Shown: one piece after another, positions 40,620 through 54,839 of the stretch | How the letters are laid out: each line of letters opens with the position of its first letter | How positions within the stretch are numbered: the stretch's first letter is position 1 | Source: the human T2T-CHM13v2.0 reference genome, Homo sapiens | Reading direction: 5' to 3' (one strand) | NCBI RefSeq assembly: GCF_009914755.1 | Contig: NC_060937.1 | DNA: 64,000 bases | Program-made: the position numbers and the translations under genes | The notes under the pieces: model-generated | Database searches by the model: none | What the model was told of the DNA's origin: nothing | What the model saw: the letters and a program-made list of their open reading frames with translations, nothing else

Positions 40620-43600
40620 TCTGTCTTGTTTTTAGTGAACATATTACCTTTCTCAACATAGGCCTCAAAGCAATCCAAACATCCATTTGCAGACTCTACA
40701 AAAAGACTGTTTCCAAACTGATCAATCAAAACAAATTTTTACGTCTGTGAGATGAAAGCACACATCACAAAAAAGTTACTCTGACAACTTCTCTCTAGTT
40801 TGTATGTGAAGATATTTCCTATTTTAACTGAGGCTATAAAGGGCTCACAAATATCCCTTTGAAGGTTCTACAAAAAGACTTTCCAAACTGCTCAATCAAA
40901 AGAAAGGTTCAACTCTGTGAGATGAATGGACACATCACAAAGAAATTTCTTGGAATGATTCTATCTAGTTTTTATGTGAAGATATTTCTCTTTCACCATA
41001 GACCTCAAAAGGATCAGAATTATCCCTTTGAAGATTGTACAATAAGCCTCTTTCTAACCTGCTCAATCAAAAGAAAGGTTCAACTCTGTGAGATGAATGC
41101 ACACATCACAAGGAAGTTTCTGAGAAAGCTTCTGTTTAGTTTTTATGTGAGGATATTTCGTTTTCCACCATGGGCCTCAATAGCGCTCAAAATATCCATT
41201 TGCAGATTCTAGACAAAGAGTGTTTCCAAACTCCTCAATCAAAAGAAAGTTTCAATTCTGTGAGATGAAAGCACACATCACAAAGAAGTTTCTTAGAAAG
41301 CTTCTTTCTAGTTTTTATGTGAAGATATTTCACATTGCACCATAGTACTCAACACGCTCAGAAATATCCCTTTGCAGATTCTACAAAAGGGCTGTTTCCA
41401 AACTGCTCAATCCAGAGAAAGTTTCAACTATGAGAGATGAATGCACACATCACAAAGAAGTTTCTCAGAATGCTTCTTTCTAGTTTATATGTGAAGAAAA
41501 TTCCTATTTCACCATAGGCAATAAAGGGCTCACAAATATTTTTTTGCAGATTCTACAAAAAGACTGTATCCAAACTGCTCAATAAAAATAAAGTTTCAAC
41601 TCTGTTAGATTAATGGACACATCAAAAAGTAATTTCTCATAAAATTTCTGTTTAGTTTTTATGTGAGGATATTTCCTTTGTCACCATTGGCCTCAAAGCA
41701 CTCCTAATATCCATTTACAGATATCACAAAAAGAGTGTTTCCAAACTGCTCAATCAAAAGAAAGTTTTAACTCTGTGAGATGAAAGCACACATCTCAAAG
41801 AACTTTCTCAGAAAGCTTTGGTCTAGTTTTCATGTAAAGATATTTCCAGTTTCACCGTAGGCCTCAAAGGGCTAAGAAATATCCCTTTCCAGATTCTAAA
41901 AGACAACCATTTCCATACTGCTCAATCAAAAGAAAGCTTAAATTCTGTGAGGTGAATGCACACATCAGAATGAAGTTTCTCAGAATTCTCCTGTCTAGTT
42001 TTTATGTGACAATATTTACTATGTCACTATAAGCTTCAAATGTCTCAAAAATATCCCTTTGCAGATTCTACAAAAATATGGTTTCAAAAGTGTGAATTAA
42101 AAGAAACCTTCAACTCTGTCAGATGAATGAAGACATCACAAAGAAGTTCCTCAGAATGCTTCTGTCTAGTTTAAATGTGAAGATATTTCTTTTTCACATA
42201 GACCTCAAATGGCTCAGAAATACACCTTTGCAGAATGCAGGAAAAGACTGTTTCTAAACTGCTCAAACAAAATAAAGTTTCAACACTGTGAGATGAATGC
42301 ACACATCACAAAGAAGTTTCTCAGAAATCTTCTGTCTAGCTTTTATCTCAAGATAATTCCTATTTTGCCATAGGAATCAATGTGCTCACAAATATCCCTT
42401 TGCAGATTCTACAAAAGTTCTGTTTCCAAGCTGCTCAATCAAAAGAAACGTTCAACATTGTGAGATGAATGCACACATCACAAAGAAGTTTCTCAGAATG
42501 CTTCTGTCTGGTTATTATGTGAAGATACTTCCTTTTTCACCATGGGCCTGAAAACACTCTAAATATCCACTTGCAGATTCTACAAAAAGAGTGTTTTCAA
42601 ACTGCTCAATGAAAAGAAAGGTTTAATTCTGTGAGATGAAAGCACACTTCACAAAAGTGTTTCTTAGAAACCTTCTATCTAGTTTTTATGTGAAGATATT
42701 TCATATTTAAAAATAGGTCTCAATGGGCTCAAAAATATGCTCTTGCAGATGCTACAAAAAGAGTGTTTCCAAAAAGCTCAATCAAAATAAAGGTTTAACA
42801 CTGTAAGATAAATGCACACATTACAAAGAAGTCTCTCAGAATTCTTCTGTATAGTTTTTTTGAGAAGCCACTTCTTTTTTCACTATAAGCCTGTCTGCTC
42901 ACTAATAGCCCTCTGCAGATACTACAAAATACTCTTTCCAAACTGCTCAATCAAAATAAAGGTTCACATCTGTGAGATGAAAGCCCAAGTCACAAAGAAC
43001 TTTCTCAGAAAGTTTCCGTCTAGTTTTTATGTGAAGATATTTCCTATTTCTCCTTAGGCCTCAAAAGGATCACAAATATCCCTATTCAGATTCTACAAAA
43101 AACTGTTTCCAAACTGCTTCATCAAAAGAAAGGTTCAATTCTGTGAGATCAATGCATACATACAAAATTAGTTTCTCAGAATGCTTCTGTCTAGTTTTTA
43201 TGTGAAGTTATTACTTTTTCACCATAGGTCTCAAACTGCAAACAAATATTCCTTTGCAGATTGCACAAAAAGTATGTTTCCACACTGCTCAATGAACAGA
43301 AAGGTTCAACTCAGTGAGATGAATGCAAACATCACAAAGAGTTTTCTCAAAATGCTTCTGTCTAGGTTTTAGGTGAAGATATTTACTTTTTCACCATAGG
43401 CCTCAAACTGCTCACAAATATCCCTTTGCAGTTTCTACAAAACGACTTGTTGCCAAACTGCTCAATGAAAAGCAAGGTCCAAATCTGTGAGATGAAAGGA
43501 CACATCACAAAGAAGTTTCTCAGAAAGTTTCTGTCTAGTTTTTAAATGCAGATATTTTCTTTTTCACTATAGGCCTCAAAGCACTCCAAATATCCGTTTG

Positions 43601-46600
43601 CAAGTTCTACAAAAAGAGTGTTTCCAAACTGCTCAATCAAAAGAGAGGTTCAACTCTTTGTGGTGAAAGCACACAGCACAAAGAAGTTTTACAAGAAGCT
43701 TCTGTCCAGTTTTTATGTGAAGACCTTTCCTATTTCACCATAGGCCCCAATGGGCTCACAAACATCCCTTTGCAGATTCTACAAAAGAATTCTTTCCAAA
43801 CTGCTCAATCCATGGAAAGTTTCAACTCTGTGACATGAATGCACACATCACAAAGAAGTTTCTCAGAATGCTTCTGTCTAGTTTTTATGTGAAGAAATTT
43901 CTTGTTCACCATAGGCCTGAAATGCTGCAAATATCCATCTTCAGATTCTACAAAAAGAATGTTTCCTAACTGCTCAATCAAAAGAAAAGTTCAACTCTGT
44001 GAGACGAAAGCACACAACACAAAGAAGTTTCTCTGAAAGCTTCTGTCTAGTTTTTTTGTGAAGATATTCCCTATTTCACCATAGTCCTGAAAGGGCTCAC
44101 AAATATCCCTTTGCATATTATACAAAAAGACTGTCCCCAAACTGCTCAATCAAAAGAAAGTTTCAACTCTGTGTGATGAATGCACACATTACAAAGAAGT
44201 TTCTCAGAATGCTTTTGCTAGTTTTTATATGAAGATATTTCTCTTTCACAGTAGGCCTCAAATGGCTCAGAAATATCCCTTTGCAGATTGTACAAAAAGA
44301 CTGTTTCCAAACTGCTCAATCAAAAGAAAGTTTCAACACTGTGAGATGAATGCACACATCGCAAAGAAGTTTCTCAGAATGCTTCTGTTAAGATTTCATG
44401 TGAAGATATTTCCTTTTTCACCATAGGCCTCAAAGGGCTCAGAAGTATTACTTTGTAGATTCTACAAAAGGTCGGTTTAGAAAACTGCTCAATCCAAAGA
44501 AAGGTTCAACTCTGTGAGATGAATGCACACATCTCAAAGAAGTTTCTCACAATGGATCTGTCGAGGTTTTCTGTGAAGATATATCCTTTTTAACCATAGG
44601 CCTTAAACTGCTCATGAATATCCCTCTGCAGATACTACAAAAAGACTGTTTCCAAACTGCTGCATCCAAAGAAATGTTCAACTCTGTGATATGAATACAC
44701 ACATCACAAAGAAGTTTCTCAGAATGCTTCTGTCTGGTTTTTATGTGAAGATATTTCCTATTTCACCATAGGCTGTAAAGGGCTCACAAATATCCGTTTG
44801 CATATTCTAAAAAAAAGACTGTTTCCAAACTGTTCAAACAAAAGAAAGGTTCAACTCTGTGAGATGAATGCACACATCAGAAAGAAGTTTCTCAGAATGC
44901 TTCTGCCTGGTTTTTATGTGAAGATATTTCCTTTTTCAGCATAGGACTCAGTGGGCTCAGAAATATCCCTTTGCAGGTTCCACAAAAGGACTGTTTAGAA
45001 AACTTCTGAATCCAAAGAAAGATTCAACTCTGTGAGATGAATACACACATCACAAAGAAGTTTTGCAGAATGCATCTGTCTAGTTTTTATGGAAAGATAT
45101 TTCTTTTTTCACCATAGGCCTCAAAGTGCTCCAAATACCCATTTGTAGATTCTACAAAAAGAGTGTTTCCAAACTGCTCAATCAAAAGAAAGGTTCAACC
45201 TTGTGACACGGAAGTAAACATCACAAAGTAGTCTCTCAGAAAGCTTCTGTCTATTTTTTATGTGATGATATTTCCTATTTCACCATGGGCCATATAGGGC
45301 TCACAAATTTTTTTTGCAAATTCTACAAAAAGACTGTTTCCAAACTGCTCAATCCAAAGGAAGTTTCAACTCTATGAGATGAATGGACACACCACAAAAA
45401 AGTTTATCAGAATGCTTCTATCTACTTCTTATGTGAAGACATTTTTTTTTCACCCTAGTCTTCAATGGGCTCAGAAATATCCCTCCTTTGTAGATTCTAC
45501 AAAAGGACTGTTTCCAAACTGCTCAATCAAAGAAAGGTTCAACTCTATGAGATGAATGCACACATCACATAGATGTTTCTCACAATCCTTCTGTCTATTT
45601 TTTATGTGAAGGTATTTCCTTTTTCACCATAGGCCTCCAAGCACTCCAAACATCCACTTGCTGATTCCACAAAAAGACTGTTTCCAAACCCCTCATTCAA
45701 AAAAGGATTCAACCGTATGAGATGAATGCACATATCACAGAGATGTTTCTCACAATGCTTCTGTCTATTTTTTATGTGAAGGTATTTACTTTTTCACCAT
45801 AGGCCTCAAAGCGCTCCAAACATCCATTTGCTGATTCCGCAAAAAGACTGTTTCCAAACTGCTCAATCAAAAGAAAGGTACAACTCCGTGTGTTGAAAGC
45901 ACACATCACAAAGAAGTTTCTCAGAAAGCTTCTGTCTAGTTTTTCTTTGAGGATATTTCCTGTTTCACCATGGGCCATAAAGGGCTCAAAAATATTTTTC
46001 ACAGATTCTACAAAAAGACTGTTTCCAAACTGCTCAATCCAAAGAAAGTTTCAACTCTGTGAGGTGAATGGACACAAGACAAAGAAGTTTCTCAGAATAC
46101 TTCTGTCTAGGGTTTATGTGAGATATTTCCTTTTTCACCATAAGCCTCAAAGTGCTCCAAATATCCATTTGCAGATTCCACAAAAAGACTGTTTCCAAGT
46201 TGCTCAATGAAAAGAAAGTTTCAACTCTGTGAGGTGAAAGCACACATCACAAAGAAGTTTCTCAGAAAGTATCTTTCTAGGTTTTTTGTGAAGATATTTC
46301 CTTTTTCACCATAGGCCTCAAATCACTCCAAGTATCCATTTGCAGATTCTACCAAAAGACTGTTTACAAAATGCTAAATCAAAATAAAGTTTCAGCTCTG
46401 TGATGTGAATGCAGGCATCACAAAGGAGTTTCTCAGAAAGATTCTGTTTAGTGTTTATCTGAAGGTATTTCCTTTTTCTCCATAGACCTCAAAGCTCTCC
46501 AAATATGCATTTCCAGATTCTATAAAAAGTCTGTTTCCAAACTGCTCAATGAAAAGAAAGGTTCAACTCTGTGAGATGAAAGCACATATCACAAGGAAGT

Positions 46601-48447
46601 TTCTCAGAATGTTTCTTTCTAGTTTTTTTTGGAAGATATTTCCTTTTTCACCATAGGCCTCAAAGCACTCCAAATATCCATTTGCAGATTCTACAAAAAG
46701 ACTGTTTACAAACTGCTCAATCAAAAGAAGTTTTCAACACTGTGAGATGAATGCACACATTACAAATTAGTTTCCCAGAAAACTTCTGTTTAGTTTTTAT
46801 GTGAAGATATTTCCTTTTTCACCAGAGGCCTCAAAACACTCCAATTATCCATTTGCAGATTATGCAAAAAGAGTATTTCCAAACTGCTCATTCAAAAGAA
46901 ACACTTAACTCTTTGAGATGAAAGCACTCATTAAAAATAAGTTTCTCAGAAAGCTTCTGTCTAGCTTTTATGTGAAGATATTTCCAATATCACCAAAGGC
47001 CTCAATCGGCTGAGAAGTACCCCTTTGGGGATTCTACAATAGGACTGTTTCCAAACTGCTCTAGCAAAGGAAAGGTTCAACTCTGTGAGATGAATGCACG
47101 CATCACTAAAAGGTTTCTCAGAAAATTTCTGTGTAGTTTTTATGTGAAGATATTTCCTACTTCACCCTAGGCCTCAAAGGGTTCACAATTATCCCTTTGT
47201 AGATTTTACAAAAAGACTGTTTCCAAATCTTCAATCAAAGAAATGTTCAAATGTGTGAGATGAATGCAAACCTCACAAAGAAGTTTCTCAGAATTCTTCC
47301 ATCGAATTTTTATGTGATGATATTTCCTTTTTTACCATAGGCCTCAATATGCTCCAAATATACATTTGCAGATTCTACAAAAAGAGTGTTTCCAAACTGC
47401 TCAATCAAAAGAAAAGTTCAACTCTGTGAGATGGAAGCACACATCACAAAGAAGTTTCTTAGAAACCTTCTGTCTCGTTTTTATGGGAAGATATTTCGTA
47501 TTTCACCATAGGCCTCAATGGGCTCAGAAATATACCTTTGCAGATTCTACAAAAAGATTGTTTACAAACTGCTCAATCCAAAGACAGGTTCAACACTCTG
47601 AGATTAATTCACACATCACAAAGAAGTTTCTCAGAAAGCTTCTGTCTAGTTTTTATGTGAAGATATTTCCTTGCTCACCATAGGCCTCAAACTGCTCACA
47701 AACATCCCTCTACAGATACTACAAAAAGACTGTTACCAAACTGTTCAATCAACAGAAGGGTTCAACTCTGTGTGGTAAATGCACACGTCACCAAGAAGTT
47801 TCTCAGAATGCTTCTGTCTAGTTTTTATGTGAAGATATTTCCTTTCTCATGAAGGCCTCAAACCACTCCAATTATCCATTTGCAGATTCTACAAAAGATG
47901 GTTTCCAAACTACTCAATGAATAGAAAGGTTCAACTATGTGAGATGAAAGCACACATCACAAAGAAGTTTCATAAAATGTTGCTTTCTAGTTTTTAAGTG
48001 AAGATATTTCCTTTTTCACCATAGTCCTCAAAGTGCTCCAAATATCCATTTGCAGATTCTATAAAAAGTGTGTTTTCAAACTGCTCAATCAAAAGAAAGG
48101 TTCAACTCTGTGAGATGGAAGCACACATCACAAATAAGTTTCCAGAAATCTTCTGACTAGTTTTTATATGAAGATATTTCCTATTTCACCATGGACCTCA
48201 ATGAGCTCACAAATATCCCTTTGCTGATTCTACAAAAGGACTGTTTTGAAACTGCTCAATGAGAAGAAAGGTTCAACTCTGTGAGACGAATGCATACATC
48301 ACAAAGAAGTTTCTCAGAATGCTTCTGTCTAGTTTTTAGGTGAAGATATTTCCTTTTTCACCATAGGCCTCAAAGTGCTCACAAATATCTCCTTGCAGAT
48401 TCTACAACAACAGAGTATCCAAATTGATTAATCAAAAGAATGTTTCA
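40620..48447 (-). repeat. Divergent alpha satellite, reverse orientation
   Basis: The same reverse-complement monomer motifs recur at ~171-172 bp spacing. Confidence 0.97.
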
Positions 48448-49621
48448 CATAAAATCTCTAGAAGAAAACCTAGGCAATACCATTCAGGACATAGGCGTGG
48501 GCAAGTACTTCATGTCTAAAACACCTAAAGCAATGTCAACAAAAGCCACAATTGACAAATGGGATCTCATTAAACTAAGGAGCTTCTGCACAGCAAAAGA
48601 AACCACCATCAGAGTGAACAGGCATCCTACGGAATGGGAGAAAATTTTTGCAACCTACTCATCTGTAAAAGGGCTAATATCTAGAATCTACAATGAACTC
48701 AGACAAATTTACAGGAAAAAGCAAACAACCCCATCAAAAAGTGGGCGAAGGATATGAACAGACATTTCTCAAAAGAAGACATTTATGCAGCCAATGAACA
48801 AATGAAAAAATGTTCATCTCCACTGGCCATCAGAGAAATGCAAGTCAAAACCACAATGAGATACCATCTCATGCCAGTTAGAATGGCAATCATTAAAAAG
48901 TCAGGAAACAACAGGTGCTGGAGAGGATGTGAGAAATAGGAATATTTTTGCACTGTTAATGGGACTGTAAACTAGTTCAACCATTGTGGAAGTTGGTATG
49001 GAGATTCCTCAGGGATCTAGAACTAGAAATCATTTGACCCAGCCATGCCATTACTGGGTATATACCCAAAGGATTATAAATCATGCTGCTATAAAGACAC
49101 ATGCACACGTATGTTTATAGTGACACTATTCACAATAGCAAAGACTTGGAACCAACGTAAATGTTCAACCACGATAGACTGGATGAAGAAAATGTGGCAC
49201 ATATACATCATGGAACACCATGCAGCCATAAAAAATGATGAGTTGATGTCCTTTGTAGGGACATGGATGAAGCTGGAAACCATCATTCTCAGTGAACTAT
49301 CGCAAGGACAAAAAATAAAACACCACATGTTCTCACTCATAGTTGGGAGTTGATCAAAGAAACACATGGACACAGGAAGGGAAACATCACACACCACACA
49401 CCAGGAACTGTAGTCAGGTGTGGGGAGGGGGAGGGATAGCCTTAGGAGATATACCTAATGTTAAATGATGAGTTCATGGGTGCAGCACACAAATATGGCA
49501 CATGTATACGTGTGTAACAAACTTGCACGTTGTACACATGTTCCCTAAAAAATAAAATATAATAATAATAAAAGTAAATAAATAAATAAATAAACCCAGA
49601 GCTCCAAAAAAAAAAATAGAG
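48448..49621 (+). mobile_element. 5'-truncated L1 (L1PA4-like), ~1.17 kb, with ~12-bp TSD
   Basis: ORF fragments [13 protein letters not shown]..., [11 protein letters not shown]... and [11 protein letters not shown]... are present. GAAGCTGGAAACCATCATTCTC and GTAACAAAC fit PA4 or older as I recall. The TSD is AAGAATGTTTCA (48436-48447) / AAGAATGGTTCA (49622-49633). Confidence 0.95.
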
Positions 49622-50393
49622 AAGAATGGTTCAACTCTATGAGAAGAATGCACACATCACAAATAAATTTCTCAGAAAGCTTCTGTCTACATTTTATATG
49701 AAGATATTTCCTTTTTCACCATAGGCCTCAAAGCACTCACAAATATCCCTTTGCAGATTCTACAAGAAAAGAGTTTCCCATCTGCTCAATGAAAAGAAAC
49801 GTTTACCGCTTGGAGATGAATGCACACATTACAAAGCAGTTTCTCAGAAACCTTCTGTCTAGTTTTTATGTGAAGATATTTCCTTTTTCGCCATAGGCCT
49901 CAAAGCACTCACAAATATCTCATTGCTGATCCTACAAAAAGACTGTTTCCAAACTGCTCAATCAAAAGAATGGTTTAACTGTTTGAGATGAGTGCACTCC
50001 AAACACAGAAGTGTCTCAGAAAGATTCTGTCTAGTTTTCATGTGAATATATTTCCTTTTTCACCATTGGCCTCCAAGTGTTCACAAATATCCCTTTGCAG
50101 ATTCTACAAAAAGACGATTTCCAATATGTTCAATCAACAGAAAGGTTCAAATCTGTGAGACTAATTCACACGTGACAAAGCAGTTTCTCAGAAACCTTCT
50201 TTCTAGTTTTTCTCTGAAGATATTTCCTTTTTCACCATAGGCTTCAAAGTGCTCACAAATATCCTTTTGCAGATTCTACAAAAAGAATGTTACCAAACTG
50301 CTCAAACAAAAGAATGGTTCACATCTGTGAGATGAATGCACACATCACAGAAAACTTTCTCAGAAAGCTTCTGTCTACATTTTATGTGAAGAT
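49622..50393 (-). repeat. Divergent alpha satellite, reverse orientation (172-bp-type), last ~4.5 monomers
   Basis: CTCACAAATATCCCTTTGCAGATTCTAC monomers end at ...TTTTATGTGAAGAT. Confidence 0.96.
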
Positions 50394-51911
50394 CGGAGTG
50401 CAGTGGAATGGAATGGAATGGAATGGAATGGAATGGAGTAGAGTGAAGTGGAGTGGATTGGAGTGGAATGGAGAGAAATGGAATGGAGTGGATTTCAAAA
50501 AAATGGAATGGAATGGAGTGTAGTGTAATGGAATGGAATGGAGCAGAGTGAAGTGGAATAGAATGGAGTGGAATGGAATGGAGAGGAGTGGAATGGAATG
50601 GAGTGGAGTGGAGTGGATTGGAGTGGAGTGGAGGGGATTGGAGTGGAGTGGAGTGAAGTGGAGTTAAATGGAGTGGAATGGTATGGAATGGAATTGAATG
50701 GAATGGAGTGGAATGGAATGGAATGGAGTGGAGTGGAGTGGAGTGGAGTGAAATGGAGTGGAGTGGAATGGAATGGAGTGGAATGGAACGGAGAGGAAAT
50801 CAATGAAATGGAATGCAACACAGTGGAATGAAGTGGAGTGGAGTGCAGTGGAGTTGAGTGGAGTGGATAGGAATGCAGTGCAATGGAATGGAATGGAATG
50901 TAAGGGAGTGGAGTGGAGTGGATTGGAGTGCAGTGGAGTGGAGTGGAGTGGAATGGAGTGGAATGGAGTGGAATGGCATGGAGTGGAGACGAATAGAATG
51001 GAATGGAATGAAATTGAATGGAATGGAAATGAATGGAACGCAACGGAACGGAACAGAATGGAGTACAGTGGAGAGGAGTTGAGTGGAGTGGATCGCAGTG
51101 CAGTGGAATGGAATGGAATGGAATGGAATGGAATGGAAAGGAATGGAATGGAATGGAATGGAAAAGAATGGGATTGAGTGGAGTGGAATGGAAAGGAGTG
51201 GAGTGGAATGTAATGGAATGCAATGGAATGGAAAAGAATGGGATGGAGTGGAGTGGAATGGAAAGGAGTGGAGTGGAATGGAATGGAGTGGAGTGGAATG
51301 GAATGGAGTGGAGTGGAGTGGAATGGAGTGGAGTGGAGTGGAATGGAATGGAGTGGAGTGGAATGGAGAGGAGTGCAGAGGAATGGTATGGATTGGAATG
51401 GAATGGAAGGGAGTGGAGTGCAGTGGAGTGGATTGGAATGCAGTGGAATTGAATGGAGTGGAATGGAATGGAGTGGAGTAGAGTGGAGTGGAGTGGAGTT
51501 GAGTGGGATGGATTAGAGTGCAGTGGAATGAAATGGAATGGAATGGAGTGGAGTTTGGTGGAGTGGAGTGAAGAGGAATTTAATGGAAAGGAGTGGACTG
51601 GAATTGTTTGGAGTGGATAGGAAGGAATGGAACATAAAGGAATGGAATGGAATGGAATGGAATGGAAAGGAATGGAATGGAATGGAGTGGAGTGCAGTGG
51701 AGTTGAGTCGAGTCAATCTGAGTGCAGTGGAAAGAAAAGGAATGGAATGGAACAGAATGAAATGAAATGGAATGGAATGGAATAGAGTAAAGTGGGATGG
51801 AAGGGAGTGCAGGAGAGTAGGGTGGAGTGGAGTGCAGTGGAGTGGAGTGGAATGGAATGGAATGGAATGGAATGGAGTTGAATGGAATGGAAAGGAATGG
51901 TGAAATGCATT

Positions 51912-51975
51912 GTGAGCTAAGATTTTGCCACTGCACTCCAGTCTGGGTGACAAAGTGAGATCCAAATGAGATAAA
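51912..51975 (+). repeat. Alu 3'-end-derived cassette in HSat3, copy 1
   Basis: GTGAGCTAAGATTTTGCCACTGCACTCCAGTCTGGGTGACAAAGTGAGA resembles the Alu right-arm end GTGAGCCGAGATCGCGCCACTGCACTCCAGCCTGGGCGACAGAGCGAGA. Confidence 0.9.
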
Positions 51976-52338
51976 GTAATCGAATGGAATGCAGTAGAAT
52001 GGAAGGGAATGGAGTGGAGTGGAGTGGAGTGGAGTGGAGTGGAGTGGAGTGGAATGCAGTGGACTGGAGTGGAACGGAGGGGAATGGAATGGAGTAGAGT
52101 GGAATGGAATGGAAAGGAACAGAATGGAATGGAATGGAACAGAATAGAATGGAAGGTAACAGAATGAAGTGGAGGGGAGAGGAGTGCAGTTGAGTGGAGT
52201 GGATCGGAGTGGAGTGGAATGGAATGGATTGAAATGGCATGGAATGGAGTGGAATGGAATGGAGTGGAGTGGAGTAGAGAGGAGTGGAGTGGAGTGGAAT
52301 GGAATGGAATGGAATGCAATGGAATGGTGAAATGTAAT

Positions 52339-52402
52339 GTGAGCTAAGATTGTGCCACTGCACTACAGTATGGGTGACAGAGTGACATCCAATAGAAATA
52401 AA
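52339..52402 (+). repeat. Alu-derived cassette, copy 2
   Basis: GTGAGCTAAGATTGTGCCACTGCACTACAGTATGGGTGACAGAGTGACATCC...GAAATAAA. Confidence 0.9.
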
Positions 52403-54839
52403 GGAATGGAATGGAATAGAGTAGAGTGGAATAGAATGGAGTGGAGTGGAATGGAATGCAGTGGAACGCAGTGGAATGGAGTGTACTGGAATGGAGTAAA
52501 GTGGAATTGAGTGGAACGGAAAGAAATGGAATAGAGAGGAATGGAATGGAATGGAGTGGAATGGAATGAAGTGGAATGGAGCATAATGGAATGGAGTGGA
52601 GTGGAATGGAGAGGAATGGAATGGAATGGAATGGAATGGAATGGAATGGAATGGAATGGAGTGGAATGGAATGGAACGCAAATCAGTGGAATGGAATGGA
52701 GTGGAGAGGAGTGGAGTGGAGTGAAGTGGAATGGAGTTGAATGGAGTGGAACGGAGTGGAATGGAGTGAAATGGAATGGAGTGGAGTGGAATGGAATGGA
52801 GTGGAATGGAAAGGAACGGTACAGAATGAAAAGGAACGGAATGGAACAGAGTGCAGTGGAGTGGAGTGAGAGGAGTGGATCGGAGTACAGTGGAACGGAA
52901 TGGAATGGAATGCAGTGGAGTGGAGTGGAGTAATGGAGTGGAGTAGAATGGAGTGGAGTGGAGTGGAGCAATGGAATGGAGTAGAATGGAGTGGAGTGGA
53001 AGGGAGTGCAGTGGAATGGAGTAGAATGCCATGGAATGGAATGGAGTGGAGTGGAATAGAGTGGAATGGAATGGAATGGAATGAAATAGAATGGAATGGA
53101 AGGGAAAGGAGTGGAGTGGAATGGAGTGGAATGGAATGGAATGGAATTGAATGGAATGGAATAGAATGGAATGGAAGGGAACGGAGTGGAGTGAAGTGGA
53201 TTTGAGTGGAGTGGATTGGTGTGTAGTGGAATGGAATGGAATGGAAGGGAATGAAATGGAATAGAGTGGAGTGGAATGGAATGGAGTGGTATGGAGTGGA
53301 TTGGAGTGGAATGGAGTGTAGTGGAATGGAGTGGAGTGGAATGGAGTGGAACGGAATGAAATGGAATAGAGAGGAATGGAATGGAATAGAATGGAATGAC
53401 GAGGAATATAGTATAATGGAGTGGAGTGGAGTAGAATGGAGTTTAGTGGAATGGAGTGGAATGGAGTGGAATGGAATGGAAAGGAATGGAAAGGAATGCA
53501 ATTGAGTGGAATGGAATGGAGTGGAGTGGAGGGGAGTGGAGAGGAGTGGAGTGGCATGCAGTGGAATGGAGTGCTATGGAGTGAAATGGAGTGGAGTGGA
53601 GTGGAATGGAATAGAGTGGAATGGAATGGAATGGTACAGAATGGAATGGAAAAGAATAGAAAGGAGTGGAGTTGAGTGGAGTGGAGTGGAGTAGAGTGGA
53701 GTGGATTGGAATGCAGTGGAATGCAAGGGAATGGAATGGAATGGAGTGGAGTGGCGTGCATTGGAGTGGAGTGGAGTGGAGGAGAATGGAGTAGAATGGA
53801 GTGGAATGGAATGGAGTGGAGAGGAATGGAGTGGAATGGAATGGAAGGAATGGAATGGAACCGAATGGAAGGGAATGGAGTGGAGTGGAGTAGATTTGAG
53901 TGGAGTGGAATAGAGTGCAGTGGAATGGATTGGAATGGAATGGAGTGGAATGGAATGGAATAGAATGGAATGGAATGGATTGGAGTGGAGTGGAGGGGAA
54001 TAGAGTGGAGTAGAGAGGAGTGGACAGGAATGGAGTGGAGTGGAATGGAATGGAATGGAGTGGAATGAAAAGGAATGGAGTGGAGTGGAATGGGCCGGAA
54101 TGGAGTGGAATGGAGTGGAATAGAATGGAATGGAGTGGAGTGGAAAGGAATGGGGTGGAGTGGAATGGAAGGGAGTGGATTGGAGTGGAATTGAGTGGAG
54201 TGGAGTGGAATGGAGTGGAGTGGAGTGGAATGGAATGGAGTGGAGTGCAGCAGAATATAATGGAGTGGAATGGAATAGAATGGAGTGGAGTGGAGTGGAG
54301 TGGAGTGGAATTGATTGGAGTGCAGTGGAATGGAATGGAATGTAGGGGAGTGGAGTGGAGTGGAATGGAGAGGAACGAAATGGAGTGCAGTGGAATGGAA
54401 TGGAACGAAATGGAATGGAATGGATTGGAATGGAATGGAATGGAACGGAAAGGAGTGGAGGGGAGTGGAGGGGAATGGAGTGGAGTGGAGTTGAGTGCAG
54501 TGGATCAGAGTGCAGTGGACTGGAATGGAATGGAATGAAATGGAATGGAGTGGAGTGGAATGAAATTTAATGGAACGAAGTGGATTGGAGTGGAGTGGAG
54601 TGGAGTGTAGTACAATGAAATGGAGAGGAGTGTAGTACAATGGAATGGAGTGGAATGTAGTACAATGGAATGGAGTGTAGTGTAGTACAATGGAATGGAG
54701 TGGAGTGCAATGGAATGTAATGGAATGGAGTGGAGTGGAGTGCAATGGAATCCAGAGGAGTGGAACGGAGTGGAGAGGAATGGCATGGAATGGAATGGAA
54801 TGGAATGGAAAGGAATGCAATGGATTGTTGAAATGAAAT

